Origin: Octopus sinensis | Lineage: Eukaryota | NCBI RefSeq assembly: GCF_006345805.1 | Contig: NC_043015.1 | Span: forward strand, 31,806,001-31,870,000 | DNA: 64,000 nt | Direction: 5' to 3' | In this document: positions 27,487-40,079 of the stretch, one piece after another | Position numbering within the stretch: position 1 is the first letter of the stretch | Layout of the letters: each line of letters opens with the position of its first letter | The notes under the pieces: model-generated | Told to the model about the DNA's origin: nothing | Databases searched by the model: none | Seen by the model: only the letters and a program-made list of their open reading frames with translations | Position numbers and translations under genes: made by a program

Positions 27487-28478
27487 CGCAGGAGAGGATA
27501 TGTAAGTAGCTTGCTTACAAACCACATGGTTTTGCATTCAGTCCCACTGCATGACACTTTTGACAAGTGTCTTCTATAATAGCCTCAGACAGACCAAAGT
27601 CTTATGAGTGGATTTGGTAGACGGAAACTGAAGGAGGCCCGTTGTATATATATATATATATTTACAAACATTTACATATATATATATGTAAATGTTTGTG
27701 TGTCTGTGTTTGTCCCCTACCATTGTTTGACAACTGATATTGATGTGCTTACATCCCCTTAACTTAGTGGTTCAGCAAAAAGAGACCAATAGAATAAGTA
27801 CTAGGCTTACAAAGAGTAAGTCCTGGGGCTGATTTGTTTGACTAAAGGTGGTGCTCCAGCGTGGCTACAATCAAATGACTGAAACAAATAAAAGAATATG
27901 TGTATATGCAGCTATGCCTGTATATATATATATAGGCACTGGCATGGCTGTGTGGTAAGAAGTCTGCTTCTTGACCATAGGGTTTGGGGGTCAAATCTTA
28001 CAGTATGGCACCTTGCATAAGTGTCATCTGCTACAACCTTGGGCTGACCAAAGCCTTGTGAATGGATTTTGGTAGATGGAAACTGAATAAGTTTTTTGTG
28101 TATGTATGTATGTATGTGATTGTTGTAAATGAGTGTCACTGAGTATTCTGCAAGAATATGAGTGGCCATGGGGAAATATTACCTTGATTAGAAATGGGTG
28201 AAGGGTTGGTGACAGGATGGGCATCCTGCCGTAGTAAGTTTCTGTATGGTTCATGCAGGCATGGAAAAATGGATGTTAATTGATGATGATGATGATGATG
28301 ATGATTGCATATCTAAAGAATGTGAACCTTCTGCTTAACTGAAAGAAAATCAATACTCTATTACAAACTCTGAACATATCAAGTATAGAACACAAACCAA
28401 TACAATTTTGTAAGTATACAACTGTATGTGTGTGTGTGTGTGAGAGAGAGAAAGAGAGAGGGAGAGGGGGGAGGGAGA

Positions 28479-28652
28479 TAGTTAAGTTAATTTTTTTGGC
28501 TCAAAAAGCAAAAAGCAAGGCCATGTAGGGGGACAAGGAGTTATGTACAGGGAGGGTGTTCATGCAAAGAGTTCAGGCCACTTCTGGTCAAGAGAGACTT
28601 TGAACCGAGCGATCGTCGGCATCTTCACTATCTCATCCGGCAGCTTATTCCA
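28479..28652 (-). mobile_element. CR1-type LINE 3' end (inverted sister of 30107-30310)
   Basis: Reverse complement matches 30143-30310 with about 5 substitutions. Confidence 0.85.
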
Positions 28653-29081
28653 AGATAGAGAGAGAGAGTTTGAGTTTTCTGTGTAAACACAAATGCAGGC
28701 ATGACTAAATGGTTAAGAAGTTCACATCACAATCATGAGGTTCCAGGTTCGATCTCACTGCAAGACATCCTTGGCAAGTGGTCTTTTGCCAAAACTTTAT
28801 GTTGATCGAAGACTTGTAAGTGCAACTTGGTAGAGGGGAAACTATGTAGAAGCCAATGGGCGGTCTGTACTGAGAATTTAAAGGTCCGACATTGTCACAT
28901 ATGCTGCTTAGGTCTGAGAATTACATAAGATGTCTGTGGAATACTCAGCCACTTACATGTTAATTTCTATAACTAGGTAGTTGAAATGGTTGAAACTGAA
29001 TGCTCATCGTCGAAACAAATAAAAGATCAATAGTCTTCGGCATCACCATCATATGTCTGAGTTTATATGAGAAAGAGAAAG

Positions 29082-29485
29082 TAGGAGTGGCTGTGTGGTA
29101 AGTAGCTTGCTAACCAGCCACATGGTTCCGGGTTCAGTCCCACTGCATGGCACCTTGGGCAAGTGTCTTCTGCTATAGCCCCGGGCCGACCAATGCCTTG
29201 TGAATGGATTTGGTAGATGGAAACTGAAAGAAGCCTGTTGTATATATATGTTTGTGTGTGTGTGTGTGTGTGTTTGTGTGTCAGTGTTTGTCCCTCCTAG
29301 CACTGCTTGACAACCGATGCTGGTGTGTTTTATGTCCCCGTCACTTAGCGGTTCGGCAAAAGAGACTGATAGAATAAGTACTGGGCTTACAAAGAATAAG
29401 TCCCGGGGTCGATTTGCTCGACTAATAGGCGGTGCTCCAGCATGGCCGCAGTCAAATGACTGAAACAAGTAAAAGAGTAAAGAGT
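29082..29485 (+). mobile_element. CORE-like tRNA-derived SINE (family A, ~400 bp)
   Basis: ggagtggctgtgtggtaag head, accttgggcaagtgtctt CORE-like box, TA/TG linker, gtaaaagag tail. Confidence 0.85.
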
Positions 29486-30106
29486 ATGTGAGTATTGTGC
29501 GAGAGAGAGAGACAAAGAGAGAGTTGTATTTGAGTAAGTATTATGTGTATGAGTGAGAGAGAGAGTGAGAGAGAGAGAGAGACAGACAGACAGAGTGTGT
29601 GTGTGTTGTGTGACTTTGTCAATGTGTTACATTACTGAGAAGCCCCTTGGCTTTACAATCCAATATTTCTATTGGCAGACTTGTTTAAACTTACATTTAT
29701 TGTCTGAAGACTTCCAGAGGAAGGAAATGTATTTGTATTCAGAATGTCACAAATTGTATGGCTTCTGCTGCAAAAATATAAAACTTTTTATTATTTGGGG
29801 AAGTGGAGGTGGGGCGGGGGTTAAACATTCAAATCTTAAATCCTGTGCAAATTTTGATAATTCTACAATTATTTCCTTTAGAGAAATCAATATTAACTTC
29901 CAACAAAGACAGAAACCAGAATTTTAGAGGGCAGAGAGAAGAGACTGAAAGGTATGTATAACACCTGTAAGAATGGCCGTGTGGTTAAGAAGTATGCTTT
30001 GCAACCCAAAGATGCTAGGTTTGATCTCACAACACTTTGGGACATATAGTGAGATCTACTCCAGTAGCCTTGGGCTTGTCAGTGGAATTTTGCAGAGAGG
30101 AACTGA

Positions 30107-30310
30107 GAGGAAGGGGCTTTCTCCGTCCGAGTTGCGGATCCGTGGAATAAGCTGCCGGACGAGATAGTGAAGGTGCCGACGACCGCTCGGTTCAAAGTCT
30201 CTCTTGACCAGAAATGGCCTGAACTCTTTGCATGAACACCCTCCCTGTACATAACTCCATGTCCCCCTACATGGCCTTGCTTTTTGCTTTTTGAGCCAAA
30301 AAATTAACTA
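30107..30310 (+). mobile_element. CR1-type LINE 3' end
   Basis: RKGAFSVRVADPWNKLPDEIVKVPTTARFKVSLDQKWPELFA* followed by a 3'UTR ending ttaacta. Confidence 0.85.
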
Positions 30311-31101
30311 TACATCCTCATCATCATCCACTTTTCCCATGCTTGCAGTCTTAATGACTGAAACAAGTAAAAGATAAAAGAAATGACGATGATGAAGTAA
30401 GGTGGTTGAGAAAAAGAAGAAAAAACTACAAAGTTTAAATGCAAATATGTTTGCAATTTCATCTAAAAAAATAGAGAAAAAAAATGTTCTGACACTGTTT
30501 GTATAAATTTTATTGGAATGTCTGTATATACAAACAGACACAGACATGTATATGTATGCGCACACACACACAAATACATACATGGTGGCCGTCAACTGGA
30601 TTTCAAGCATTACTACTTTCTTTATTTCACTTACATGTTAGCTTCATGTCAGGCATGTTAGCTTCTCTACGGTGAACCCTAAGAGACTACCAAGCCCTAA
30701 TTTGGTATTAAATCTTTTTGAAAAACATCCACACACACACACACACACACACATATATAGGAAGAAATATACAAATTCCATCCCCTACCCAAAAGGGAGT
30801 GAAAAGAACAGCAAATGCTATAAATGTTGAAACTAGTGACTTCGACCATGATGCTTGAATAACTGACCATAAATAATCATAGAGAAATATAAATTCCTAC
30901 CATGTGTGTGTGTGTGTGTGTGTGTAAAAGCATGTTATGTTGCCAAAATCTAAACACTGAGGTTGTGTTAGACACTAGTAACCTTGACCTAATGACATTA
31001 GTTTGTAAAAATAAACACTACAAACTGTTGATTTTGGCATCTTTCTTTTGGGAGTTCAAAATATTCTATTACAGTGTGTGGACACAGAGAAAAATAACAG
31101 G

Positions 31102-31136
<35 letters not shown>

Positions 31137-31865
31137 TTAGCTGAATGACGTTCTACCTTCATTATACTGTTTTATAGCTTTGCACAAGCTTGGTGATAAA
31201 CCATGGAGAATATTCTGTACCATCAAATGTTCAAATGACTTAGCTGTTAGCCAGTTTGTATCAATTCTTTTATTCTTTTGCTTGTTTCAGTCATTTGACT
31301 GTGGCCATGCTGGGGCACTTTTATTTGTTTCGATGATGAACATTCAGTTTCAATCATTTCAACTATCTAGTTATAGAAATTAACATGTAACTGGCTGAGT
31401 ATTCCACAGACATCTTATGTAATTCTCAGACCAAACCAGCATAATAGAATATGTGACAATGTTGGACCTTTAATTTTAGTCAATTGAATAGACCCCATTA
31501 CTTTTTATTTTTATTTTTTAAGCCAGGTACTTATTCTATCAGTCTCTTTGGCTGAACTGCTAAGTTATGGGAATGTAAACACACCAACACCAGTTGTCAG
31601 CTTATATCTGTGAGTGTATCTTATCGCTTACTTGTTTCAGTCATTGGACTGTAAATCCTGCTGGAGAACCACCTTGAAAGATTTAGTCAAACAAATCAAC
31701 CAAGCTCAGTACTTTTATATATCATCATCAACATCATCATCATTTAATGTTCGTTTTCCATGCTGGCATGGGTTGGGCAGTTTGACCAGAGCTTGTAAGG
31801 TTGGGGGCTGCACCAGGCCCCATTATCTGTTCTGGCATGGTTTCTAAGGCTGAAGACCCTTCCTA

Positions 31866-31897
<32 letters not shown>

Positions 31898-31899
31898 GC

Positions 31900-32335
31900 A
31901 TTCCTTTCCCTTATGCATTCCTTTCCTTTCCTTCTTGGGACACAAAACTTTACTTGTGAAGACCTGTTGAGGCAAGTGAAAGTCAAAATCAAAATTGCAA
32001 TCGATCAACATGAATGGAAATTGCAGCTGTGATACCAGTGCCGGTGGCATGTAAGAGAACCATCCGAACGTGGCCATTGTCAGCACTGCCCCGACTGGCC
32101 TTGTGCCGGTGGCACGTAAAAAGCACCATCCGATCGTGGCTGTTGCCAGCTTCGTCTGGCACGTAAAAAGCAACCACTACACTCACGGAGTGGTTGGCAT
32201 TAGGAAGGGCATCCAGCTGTAGAAACACTGCCAGATCAGACTGGGCCTGGTGCAGCCTTCTGGCTTCCCAGACCCCAGTTGAACCGTCCAACCCATGCAT
32301 GGAAAGCAGACGTTAAACGATGATGATGATGATGA
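31900..32335 (+). mobile_element. SINE with RTE-like (gat)n tail (family D)
   Basis: ggttggcattaggaagggcatccagctgtagaaac...catggaaagcagacgttaaacgatgatgat. Related copies near 9400-9675(+), 14510-14850(-), 23900-24160(+), 53220-53460(-) and 56800-57000(+). Confidence 0.7.
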
Positions 32336-32661
32336 TATATATATATAGTGTTAATAATGATAAGGAGAACAGAGATTTTCAACCTCTAAAATTTTATCAA
32401 AGTTATTTACACCCTTCTTTTCTGGATCTATGCCTTTCAACTGCATCGACTTTAATTGCAACCTTCGTTTCAATTAATTTTTAAAATAATGAAGTATTTA
32501 GTAAAATAACTTTCTAATTATTAAAAGCTCTGGAATAAAAATTTTGATGGAAGATTATGATTTAGACTATTCTACCAAGTGTAACATTTATTTATCCACA
32601 TTGTTTTGAATTTATCCAGCATTATCTCGTAGCTTTGAGATTTCAATTGTATGACAGTATA

Positions 32662-33053
32662 TACTCTTTACTCTCTCTTTTACTTGTTTCAGTCATTTGA
32701 CTGCGGCCATGCTGGAGCACCGCCTTTAGTCGAGCAAATCGACCCCGGGACCTATTCTTTGTAAGCCCAGTACTTATTCTATCAGTCTCTTTTGCCGAAC
32801 CGCTAAGTGACGGGGACGTAAACACACCAGCATCGGTTGTCAAGCAATGCTAGGGGGACAAACACAGACACACACGCATATATATACATATATACGACGG
32901 GCTTCTTTCAGTTTCCGTCTACCAAATTCACTCACAAGGCTTTGGTCGGCCCGAGGCTATAGTAGAAGACACTTGCCCAAGATGCCACGCAGTGGGACTG
33001 AACCTGGAACCATGTGGTTGGTTAGCAAGCTACTTACCACACAGCCACTCCTA
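32662..33053 (-). mobile_element. CORE-like SINE family A, splitting a piggyBac-like MITE
   Basis: Reverse complement of the family A sequence; MITE halves at about 32590-32660 and 33055-33172. Confidence 0.85.
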
Positions 33054-34552
33054 TATTTTTTTTTAGACAAACAATGTAGGGTAGGTGTGAGAAATTGGAT
33101 CTGTCCAGATTGAGCATAAAACATGAAGAATATTTAGGCTGGATGTGACCGGTCTGAATGCTAAAGGGTTAAAACAGTAAGTTTATGTCATAAAACCTAG
33201 GGCAATCTCAGGCAGGTTGGTATCAAAAGGGGTAAATTTAAACCATAGTTACCAAGTGGTCACCAGTGATAACGATAAAAATAAAGCGGCTGTAATTATG
33301 AGTTATCACGAGGATATTTCATAAACACTATGGTAACAGTTTAATGGTATAGCCACCCTTTTCCTTGTTTCATATTGAAATTCTTTTCTGCAATTAATAT
33401 ACTAATCGTTAATTAGATTGATAACAGAGTGAAAGAGAGGTATGGAGGTCTTTGTCCAGACCATCTGTCTCTTATTATTTACCGACTTCTATGATTCAAG
33501 CCAGTTCTATGAATTTATTACACAATGCCTAAAAGATTAGTAAACAAACTTTTCTAAATGACACAGTTGATAGAGACAGAGTTTGTTGCTGTAGTTCTTC
33601 AGCATGGCTCAGTGGTAAGAGCATTGGGTTCACAATCATGAGACAGTGAGTTCGATTCTGGGACAGGGCTGTGTGTTGTATTCTTGAGCAAGACACTTTA
33701 TTTCACATTGCTCCAGTTCACTCAGCTGTAGAAATGAGTTGCGACATCACAGCTGCCAAGCTGTATCAGCCCCTTTGCCTTTCCCTTGGGCAACATTGGT
33801 GGCGTACGGAGATGGGAGGCTGGTAAACAACCATACCCAGACTTGTGCCTCGGTGGGTAACTCGCTAGGTGCAATCCCATGGTCATTCATGACTGAAGGG
33901 GGGGTGTCTTAGATTTGTTTAGCTCCAAGTCAATTTTGATCCAGCAGACTTAGGATTGAAGATGTTCTGGCCTTGACAAACACCATTATTATTTTTTTTT
34001 CAGACAAAATTATTTAGGGCTTGTTTTTTTTTAATTATAGACTGTAATTGGAGGGAGATGTGGCAACTAATTCTACGATATTAATCATGTATATATTTGT
34101 GTGTGTGTGTGTGTATGTGTCTATCTTTGTGTCTGCCATGACTTCCACCACTCGACAACCAGTGTTGGATTGTTTACAAATCTAAGTAGTTCAGCAAAAG
34201 ACAGAATAAGTCCCAGACTTACAAAAAAAATAAGAAAAAAAAAGGTACAGGGGTTGATTTGTTCAACTAAGCCCTTCAAAGTGGTGCTCCAGCATGGCCA
34301 CAGTCAAATGTCTGAAAAGAAGTAAAAGATAAGGAAACACATCGGGCTTCTTTCAGCTTTCATTTCCTCTACCAAATCCATTCACAAGGCTTTGGTTGGC
34401 CTGGGGGCTGTAGTAGAAGACATTTGCCCAATCTGCCACACAGTGGGACTGAACCCAGAGCCATGTGGTTGGGAAGCGAACTTCTTAACTGCACAGCCAT
34501 ACCTGTACTTATAACACACACACACACACAATACACTTATGAGGTAAATACC

Positions 34553-34961
34553 TATTTCTTTACTACCCACAAGGGGCTAAACATAAAAAGGACAGACAAA
34601 CGGATTAAGTTGATTATATCGACCCCAGTGCGTAACTGGTACCTATTTAATCGACCCCGAAAGGATGAAAGACAAAGTCGACCTCGGCGGAATTTGAACT
34701 CAGAACGTAATGGCAGATGAAATACCTATTTCTTTACTACCCACAAGGGGCTAAACACAGAGGAGACAAACAAGGACAGACAAACGGATTAAGTCGATTA
34801 CATCGACCCCAGTGCGTAACTGGTACTTATTTAATCGACCCCCAAAAGGATGAAAGGCAAAGTCGACCTCGGTGGAATTCGAACTCAGAACGCAGCGACA
34901 GACGAAATACCGCTAAGCATTTCGCCCGGCGTGCTAACGTTTCTGCCAGCTCACCGCCTTA
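34553..34961 (-). mobile_element. Meta-type SINE dimer
   Basis: Two units, single head; perfect 14-bp TSD atgaggtaaatacc at 34539-34552 and 34962-34975. Confidence 0.85.
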
Positions 34962-35516
34962 ATGAGGTAAATACCAGTGTGAGGTAGAGGCAGGCCCAGG
35001 TAGACACTTGCCACGGATATCGTTCTACATACAGAAAAGAAAGGTGAGAGACACACTAAGAAACCACTTTCTTGAACTCTTATCATGACATGAGACAGGC
35101 AGCACAGAGTCAAAAAAAAACAATGCATAAAAGCATATTACTAATTCATCAACTCAATTAGCAAACAGAGAAAATATTCATTAACTAATTACATTACCAG
35201 ACTGAAGATCTTCAACCGTCGGCAAGGAGTGCAGTTGAAATATTTTTACTACTCAGCTCAACGTGCAGATAACTGCATCTGTTCACAGGCCGCCATCTCG
35301 GCGATCTGTCGAAGGAGGCAGAGGTATTGGTGTTGGCTGAGGCCGGGGGATTAAACGAGTGCCAGGTACCAACTAAACCTGTCACTCGATGATATTCGCT
35401 GCTAATTAACTTCTTAAGGATTTCGTCTCTTTATGTAAATATTATGACATAAATGCATACATACATTCAGTTACATGCACAAACATGCAAATGATACATA
35501 CACACGTTTATATATA

Positions 35517-35736
35517 TTTCTTTACTACCCACAAGGGGCTAAACACAGAGGGGACAAACAAGGACAGACAAAGGGATTAAGTCGATTACATCGACCCCAG
35601 TGCGTAACTGGTATTTAATTTATCGACCCCGGAAGGATGAAAGGCAAAGTCGACCTCGGCGGAATTTGAACTGGCAGACGAAATATGGCAACGCATTTCG
35701 CCCGGCGTGCTAACGTTTCTGCCAGCTCGCCGCCTT
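35517..35736 (-). mobile_element. Meta-type SINE monomer
   Basis: Full head to tail; 15-bp TSD acacgtttatatata at 35502-35516 and 35737-35751. Confidence 0.85.
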
Positions 35737-35760
35737 ACACGTTTATATATATGAGTGGCA

Positions 35761-35799
<39 letters not shown>

Positions 35800-36716
35800 C
35801 ACCGTGATCGACCAGGCTATCAGATGTTGCTACACATCGCTGATCACAATGCGCTTCGCATTGCTTTAGCCTTCAAATGACGCCACCCTGCTGGCTAAGT
35901 GAGCAGGCCAACAGAAGACAGAGTGAGAGAAAGTTGTGGCGAAAGAGTACAGCAGGGATCACCACCACCCCCGGCCGAAGCCTCGTGGAGCTTTAGGTGT
36001 TTTCGCTCAATAAACACTCACAACACCCGATCTGGGAATCGAAATCGCAAGTCCACTGGGCCATTGCACCTACACACACACACACATATATATATGTATA
36101 TATATATATCCAGACAGCTAGGTGGTGCAACATCAATATTCTCCCCTATGTTTGTGAAATTTTTGTATCTCTGCAGTAAGGCTTCATATCGACACACGCC
36201 AGCTTAATTCAATTCGTCCTTAGTGGAAAGACACCTGTTATTATGTCCTGTTATTATTTTTATTACATTTATATTTGTGTAACATTGTCCGTTTTTTCCG
36301 TCCTTGTTTTTGTATACATTCCCTGCTTTCTTGCAAGGAATCTAATGCTCTTAGCTTAGTTTTTCTTTGGGGCTGGCCAGATTGGAGCAATCTCAAGAGG
36401 AGAGGCTGGTGTGCATGGGTGTCTGCTGGTCTTCCATAAACAAACTTACCCTGACTGCTGCCTCTAGGCGCAATCTCATGGTCATTCATGACCAAAAGGG
36501 TCTTTATCACCAAACATGCACACACGCAAGCTAACACAGCCACACATGTACACACACACACAACCAAGCTGTGTATGTATGTGTGTTGTGTGTGTACAGA
36601 GCAATCTATGATATGAAATTAATATTGGTTTCAAATTTTGGTACAAGACCAGCAACTTTGGGGGAGGGGGCAAGTTGATTCACTGACTACAGTGATCAAT
36701 TGGTACTTATTTTATC

Positions 36717-36911
36717 AAAGAAACCCTGGACGGGGGATCACTCGGCTCGTCCGTCGATGAAGAGCGCGACTATCCGCGTGAACTGATGCAAATTGCAGGA
36801 CTCAGTGAACATCGACACCTCAAACACACATTGCGGGCCCCGGGATCCCATCGTCCCGGGGCCCCATCTGGTCGAGAGGCGAAATAGCCCCGTGTGGGTA
36901 GTAAAGAAATA
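36717..36911 (+). mobile_element. Chimeric retroposon: 5.8S rRNA + 3' tail of the Meta-type SINE, with 15-bp TSD
   Basis: 5.8S is followed directly by tagccccgtgtgggtagtaaagaaata (SINE tail). Flanks ggtacttattttatc (36702-36716) and ggtatttattttatc (36912-36926). Confidence 0.85.
36721..36884 (+). rRNA. Dispersed full-length 5.8S rRNA copy (retropseudogene)
   Basis: GGATCACTCGGCTCGTCCGTCGATGAAGAGCGC...AATTGCAGGAC...GAACATCGACAC...CACATTGCGG and the GC-rich 3' hairpin (11-bp stem 36835-36845/36854-36864) are 5.8S hallmarks. No ITS, 18S or 28S flanks. Apparent CG>CA changes at 36822 and 36826 relative to the usual TCGAACGCAC motif. Confidence 0.93.
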
Positions 36912-37224
36912 GGTATTTATTTTATCGACCCCAAAAGGATGAAAGGCAAAGTCAACCTCAGTGGAATTTGAACTCAGAACGTCAAGACAGGAAATGCCGC
37001 AGAGCATTTTGCTGGCATGCTAACATTCTGTCAGCTCACCGCCTTTGTCTATATTCATAATGGCACTTCCAAGAATTCAGATTATTGATTCAGTCTACAT
37101 AATTAATGATGTTAAATAGATTCAGTCTTACCATTTTTCTACTTTCACTTTTCAATACGATACTAATAACCACTTGATACTTAGCTTTCTTATTTATTAA
37201 ATTTGATAAACTTCAAATACCTTT

Positions 37225-37267
<43 letters not shown>

Positions 37268-37924
37268 ATACAATCAATTTCTCTCAGACACATACATAAA
37301 CTCAATCCCTTTCTTTTTCTCACACATAAACTCAATCTCTCTCTCTCTCTCTCTCTCTTTTTCCCTCTCACACACTATTAATCTCACTGTCTGCTTCTGC
37401 CTCTCACATACATAATCTTTCACTTTTTCTGTCTCTGCTTCTCACACACTCAATCTCTCTCTGCCTCTCCATCTCACACATTCAATCTTTCTTTCTCTCT
37501 CTGTCTGCCTTTCCCTCTCTCTTATACACTCATTCTCTCTCTCACACACACATTCAATCTCTCTCTTTCTCTCTCCTCATCAGACAGTATCTAATGCCTT
37601 ACTATGAAAAGCTGCAACGTATACTTAGAACTGTAAGTAAATACATATGCCACACACAACGGACTATCTGCTGTTATTCAACCCCAGGTAAGCCCTGATC
37701 CAGCAGGTCAACAATCAACTAGATCTTAGCCATGACTATCCTGCCTTTTCTCCAGGGACAGTGCATCTAGAACCACATAATGATGCAAAGAGTCCTTCCT
37801 TTTCGAAAGACAGCAAGGCATAGTTTTAGGCAGATTTAGCTGCTATTTCTAGCAGACTAAATGACTCCGTAGAGACTTCCTTCTTCATTGAAATATTAGG
37901 AAGTTTTTAGAACTCTCTCTCTCT

Positions 37925-38337
37925 CTCTTTTACTCTTTTAATTGTTTCAGTCATTTGACTGCGGCCATGCTGGAGCACCGCCTTTAATCGAGCAACTCGA
38001 CCCCGGGACTTATTCTTTTGTAAGCCCAGTACTTATTCTATCGGTCTCTTTTGCTGAACCGCTAAGTAACGGGGACGTAAACACACCAGCATCAGTTGTC
38101 AAGCAATGCTAGGGGACAAACACAGACACACAAACATATACACACACATACATATATATATATACACATATATACGACGGGCTTCTTTCAGTTTCCGTCT
38201 ACCAAATCCACTCACAAGGCTTTGGTCGGCCCGAGGCTATAGTAGAAGACACTTGCCCAAGGTGCCACGCAGTGGGACTGAACCCAGAACCATGTGGTTG
38301 GTAAGCAAGCTACTTACCACACAGCCACTCCTGCGCC
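37925..38337 (-). mobile_element. CORE-like SINE family A
   Basis: Full-length, near-consensus copy. Confidence 0.85.
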
Positions 38338-39601
38338 TATTTATTTATTTATGCAGTTGTTGGTAGTTAAGCCTCAGGTTGACTCACTGAGAAGGTCAAT
38401 GACCCAGCACATGTGATTGTCCTGTCTGTAAATTCAGATTTAGTCTACCTAGGATTACAATATCCAACGTGATCTTCCTTTTAAAAATGCTGAGAAGTAG
38501 ATTTTTTTTTTGTGTGTGTATTTTCATCTTTTACTTTTTCAGTCATTAGACTGTGGCCATGCTGGGGCACCACCTTGAAGAATTTTATTCAAACAAATCA
38601 ACCCCAGCACTTACTTTCGTTTTAAGCCTGGTACTTATTCTATTAGTCTCTTTTGCCGAACTACTAAGTTACAGGGATGTAAACGCACCAACACCAGTTG
38701 TCAGACAGTGGCACGGTACAATTGTATGCACGCACACACACACACACAAATATATATATAAAGGGCTTCTTTCAGTTTCCATCAACCAAATCCACTCACA
38801 ATGCTTTGGTCAGCCCAGGGCTATAGTAGAAGACACTTGCCCAAGGTACCAAGCAGTGGAACTGAATCTAGGACCATATGGTTGGGAAGCAAACTTCTTA
38901 CCACACAGCCACTCCTGGAAGATTTTACTGTTATTTCCAGCAGGCTGAACAACTACCAGAAGGCTACCTGATTGTCTCCTTCGAATATATGTGATATACT
39001 GGGTGAGAGGAGCAGAAATACAGGATTAGTTATCTTACACCCTATCCCTAACCCTATGCCCCCTTTTTGTTCTGAGTTCAATTCTGCTGAAACAGACTTT
39101 GCTTTTTCATCCTTTCTGGGTCAACAAGTATCACCCAAGTGCTGGGATCAATTAGATGAATAATACTTTGTACACACACACATACAAAGAGGGTAAACTT
39201 TGTACTTTTGTTGGAAATCCTGAAGCTCTTAGCTGAATTATGCTTTTTAGCCAAGTTGTTATGGTTAAGAGACCTTCATGAATATTTTGTTCCATCCAGG
39301 CCAACCCTCACTGAGCAGAAGTATGATTAAAGACTCTGCAGGCATAATAGCCTATTTTGTTATGAGGAACAGTGTATCAAGGACTACACTGTTCAATGAG
39401 CTGATGATTCTTTACTCTTTTTTATGATGGCAGGATAGCATTTCAAAGATTTGACTACTGTTTCTAGCAGTTCAAGTAACTGTGTAGAAAAAAAGGGAAA
39501 AGACAAGATGGTTATGGCTTGAACACCTTTGATCATGGGTTGTTCAGACAGAACTGACCCCAGAACACCGCCACCGCCACAACAGCAACAAAAACAACAA
39601 C

Positions 39602-39993
39602 ATACTCTTACTCTCTTTTACTCTTTTACTTGTTTCAGTCATTTGACTGCGGCCATGCTGGAGCACCGCCTTTAGTCGAGCAAATTGACCCCGGGACTTA
39701 TTCTTTGTAAGCGCAATACTTATTCTATCAGTCTCTTTTGCTGAACCGCTAAGTGACGGGGACGTAAACACACCACCATCGGTTGTCAAACAATGCTAGG
39801 GGGACAAACACACACACATATATATACATATATACGACAGGCTTCTTTCAGTTTCCGTCTACCAAATCCACTCACAAGGCATTGGTCGGCCCGGAGCTAT
39901 AGTAGAAGACACTTGCCCAAGGTGCCACGCAGTGGGACTGAACCCGGAACCATGTGGTTGGTTAGCAAGCTACTTACCACACAGCCACTCCTA
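39602..39993 (-). mobile_element. CORE-like SINE family A
   Basis: Full-length copy. Confidence 0.85.
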
Positions 39994-40079
39994 TATGAAC
40001 AGTTATCTTAATACTTCAGCTATCTTGCCTCTAGATGTCACTTAAAAATATCATCATTGTGTATGAGGTTACTTTACAA

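Larger units (their letters stand above)
36617..37046 (-). mobile_element. Older Meta-type SINE interrupted by the 5.8S chimera
   Basis: Head and core at 36927-37046 and the remaining body at 36617-36716 rejoin at the duplicated ttattttatc. Confidence 0.8.

Noticed and set aside
32847-33113. Recurring ORFs such as MLGGQTQT...RRASFSFRLPNPLTRLWSARGYSRRHLPK
   Set aside because: Antisense translations of SINE family A, repeated at many loci; not genes.
36721-36884. Functional rDNA unit or contaminant rDNA
   Set aside because: No 18S, 28S or ITS; embedded in a host SINE with a TSD; CpG-type decay.
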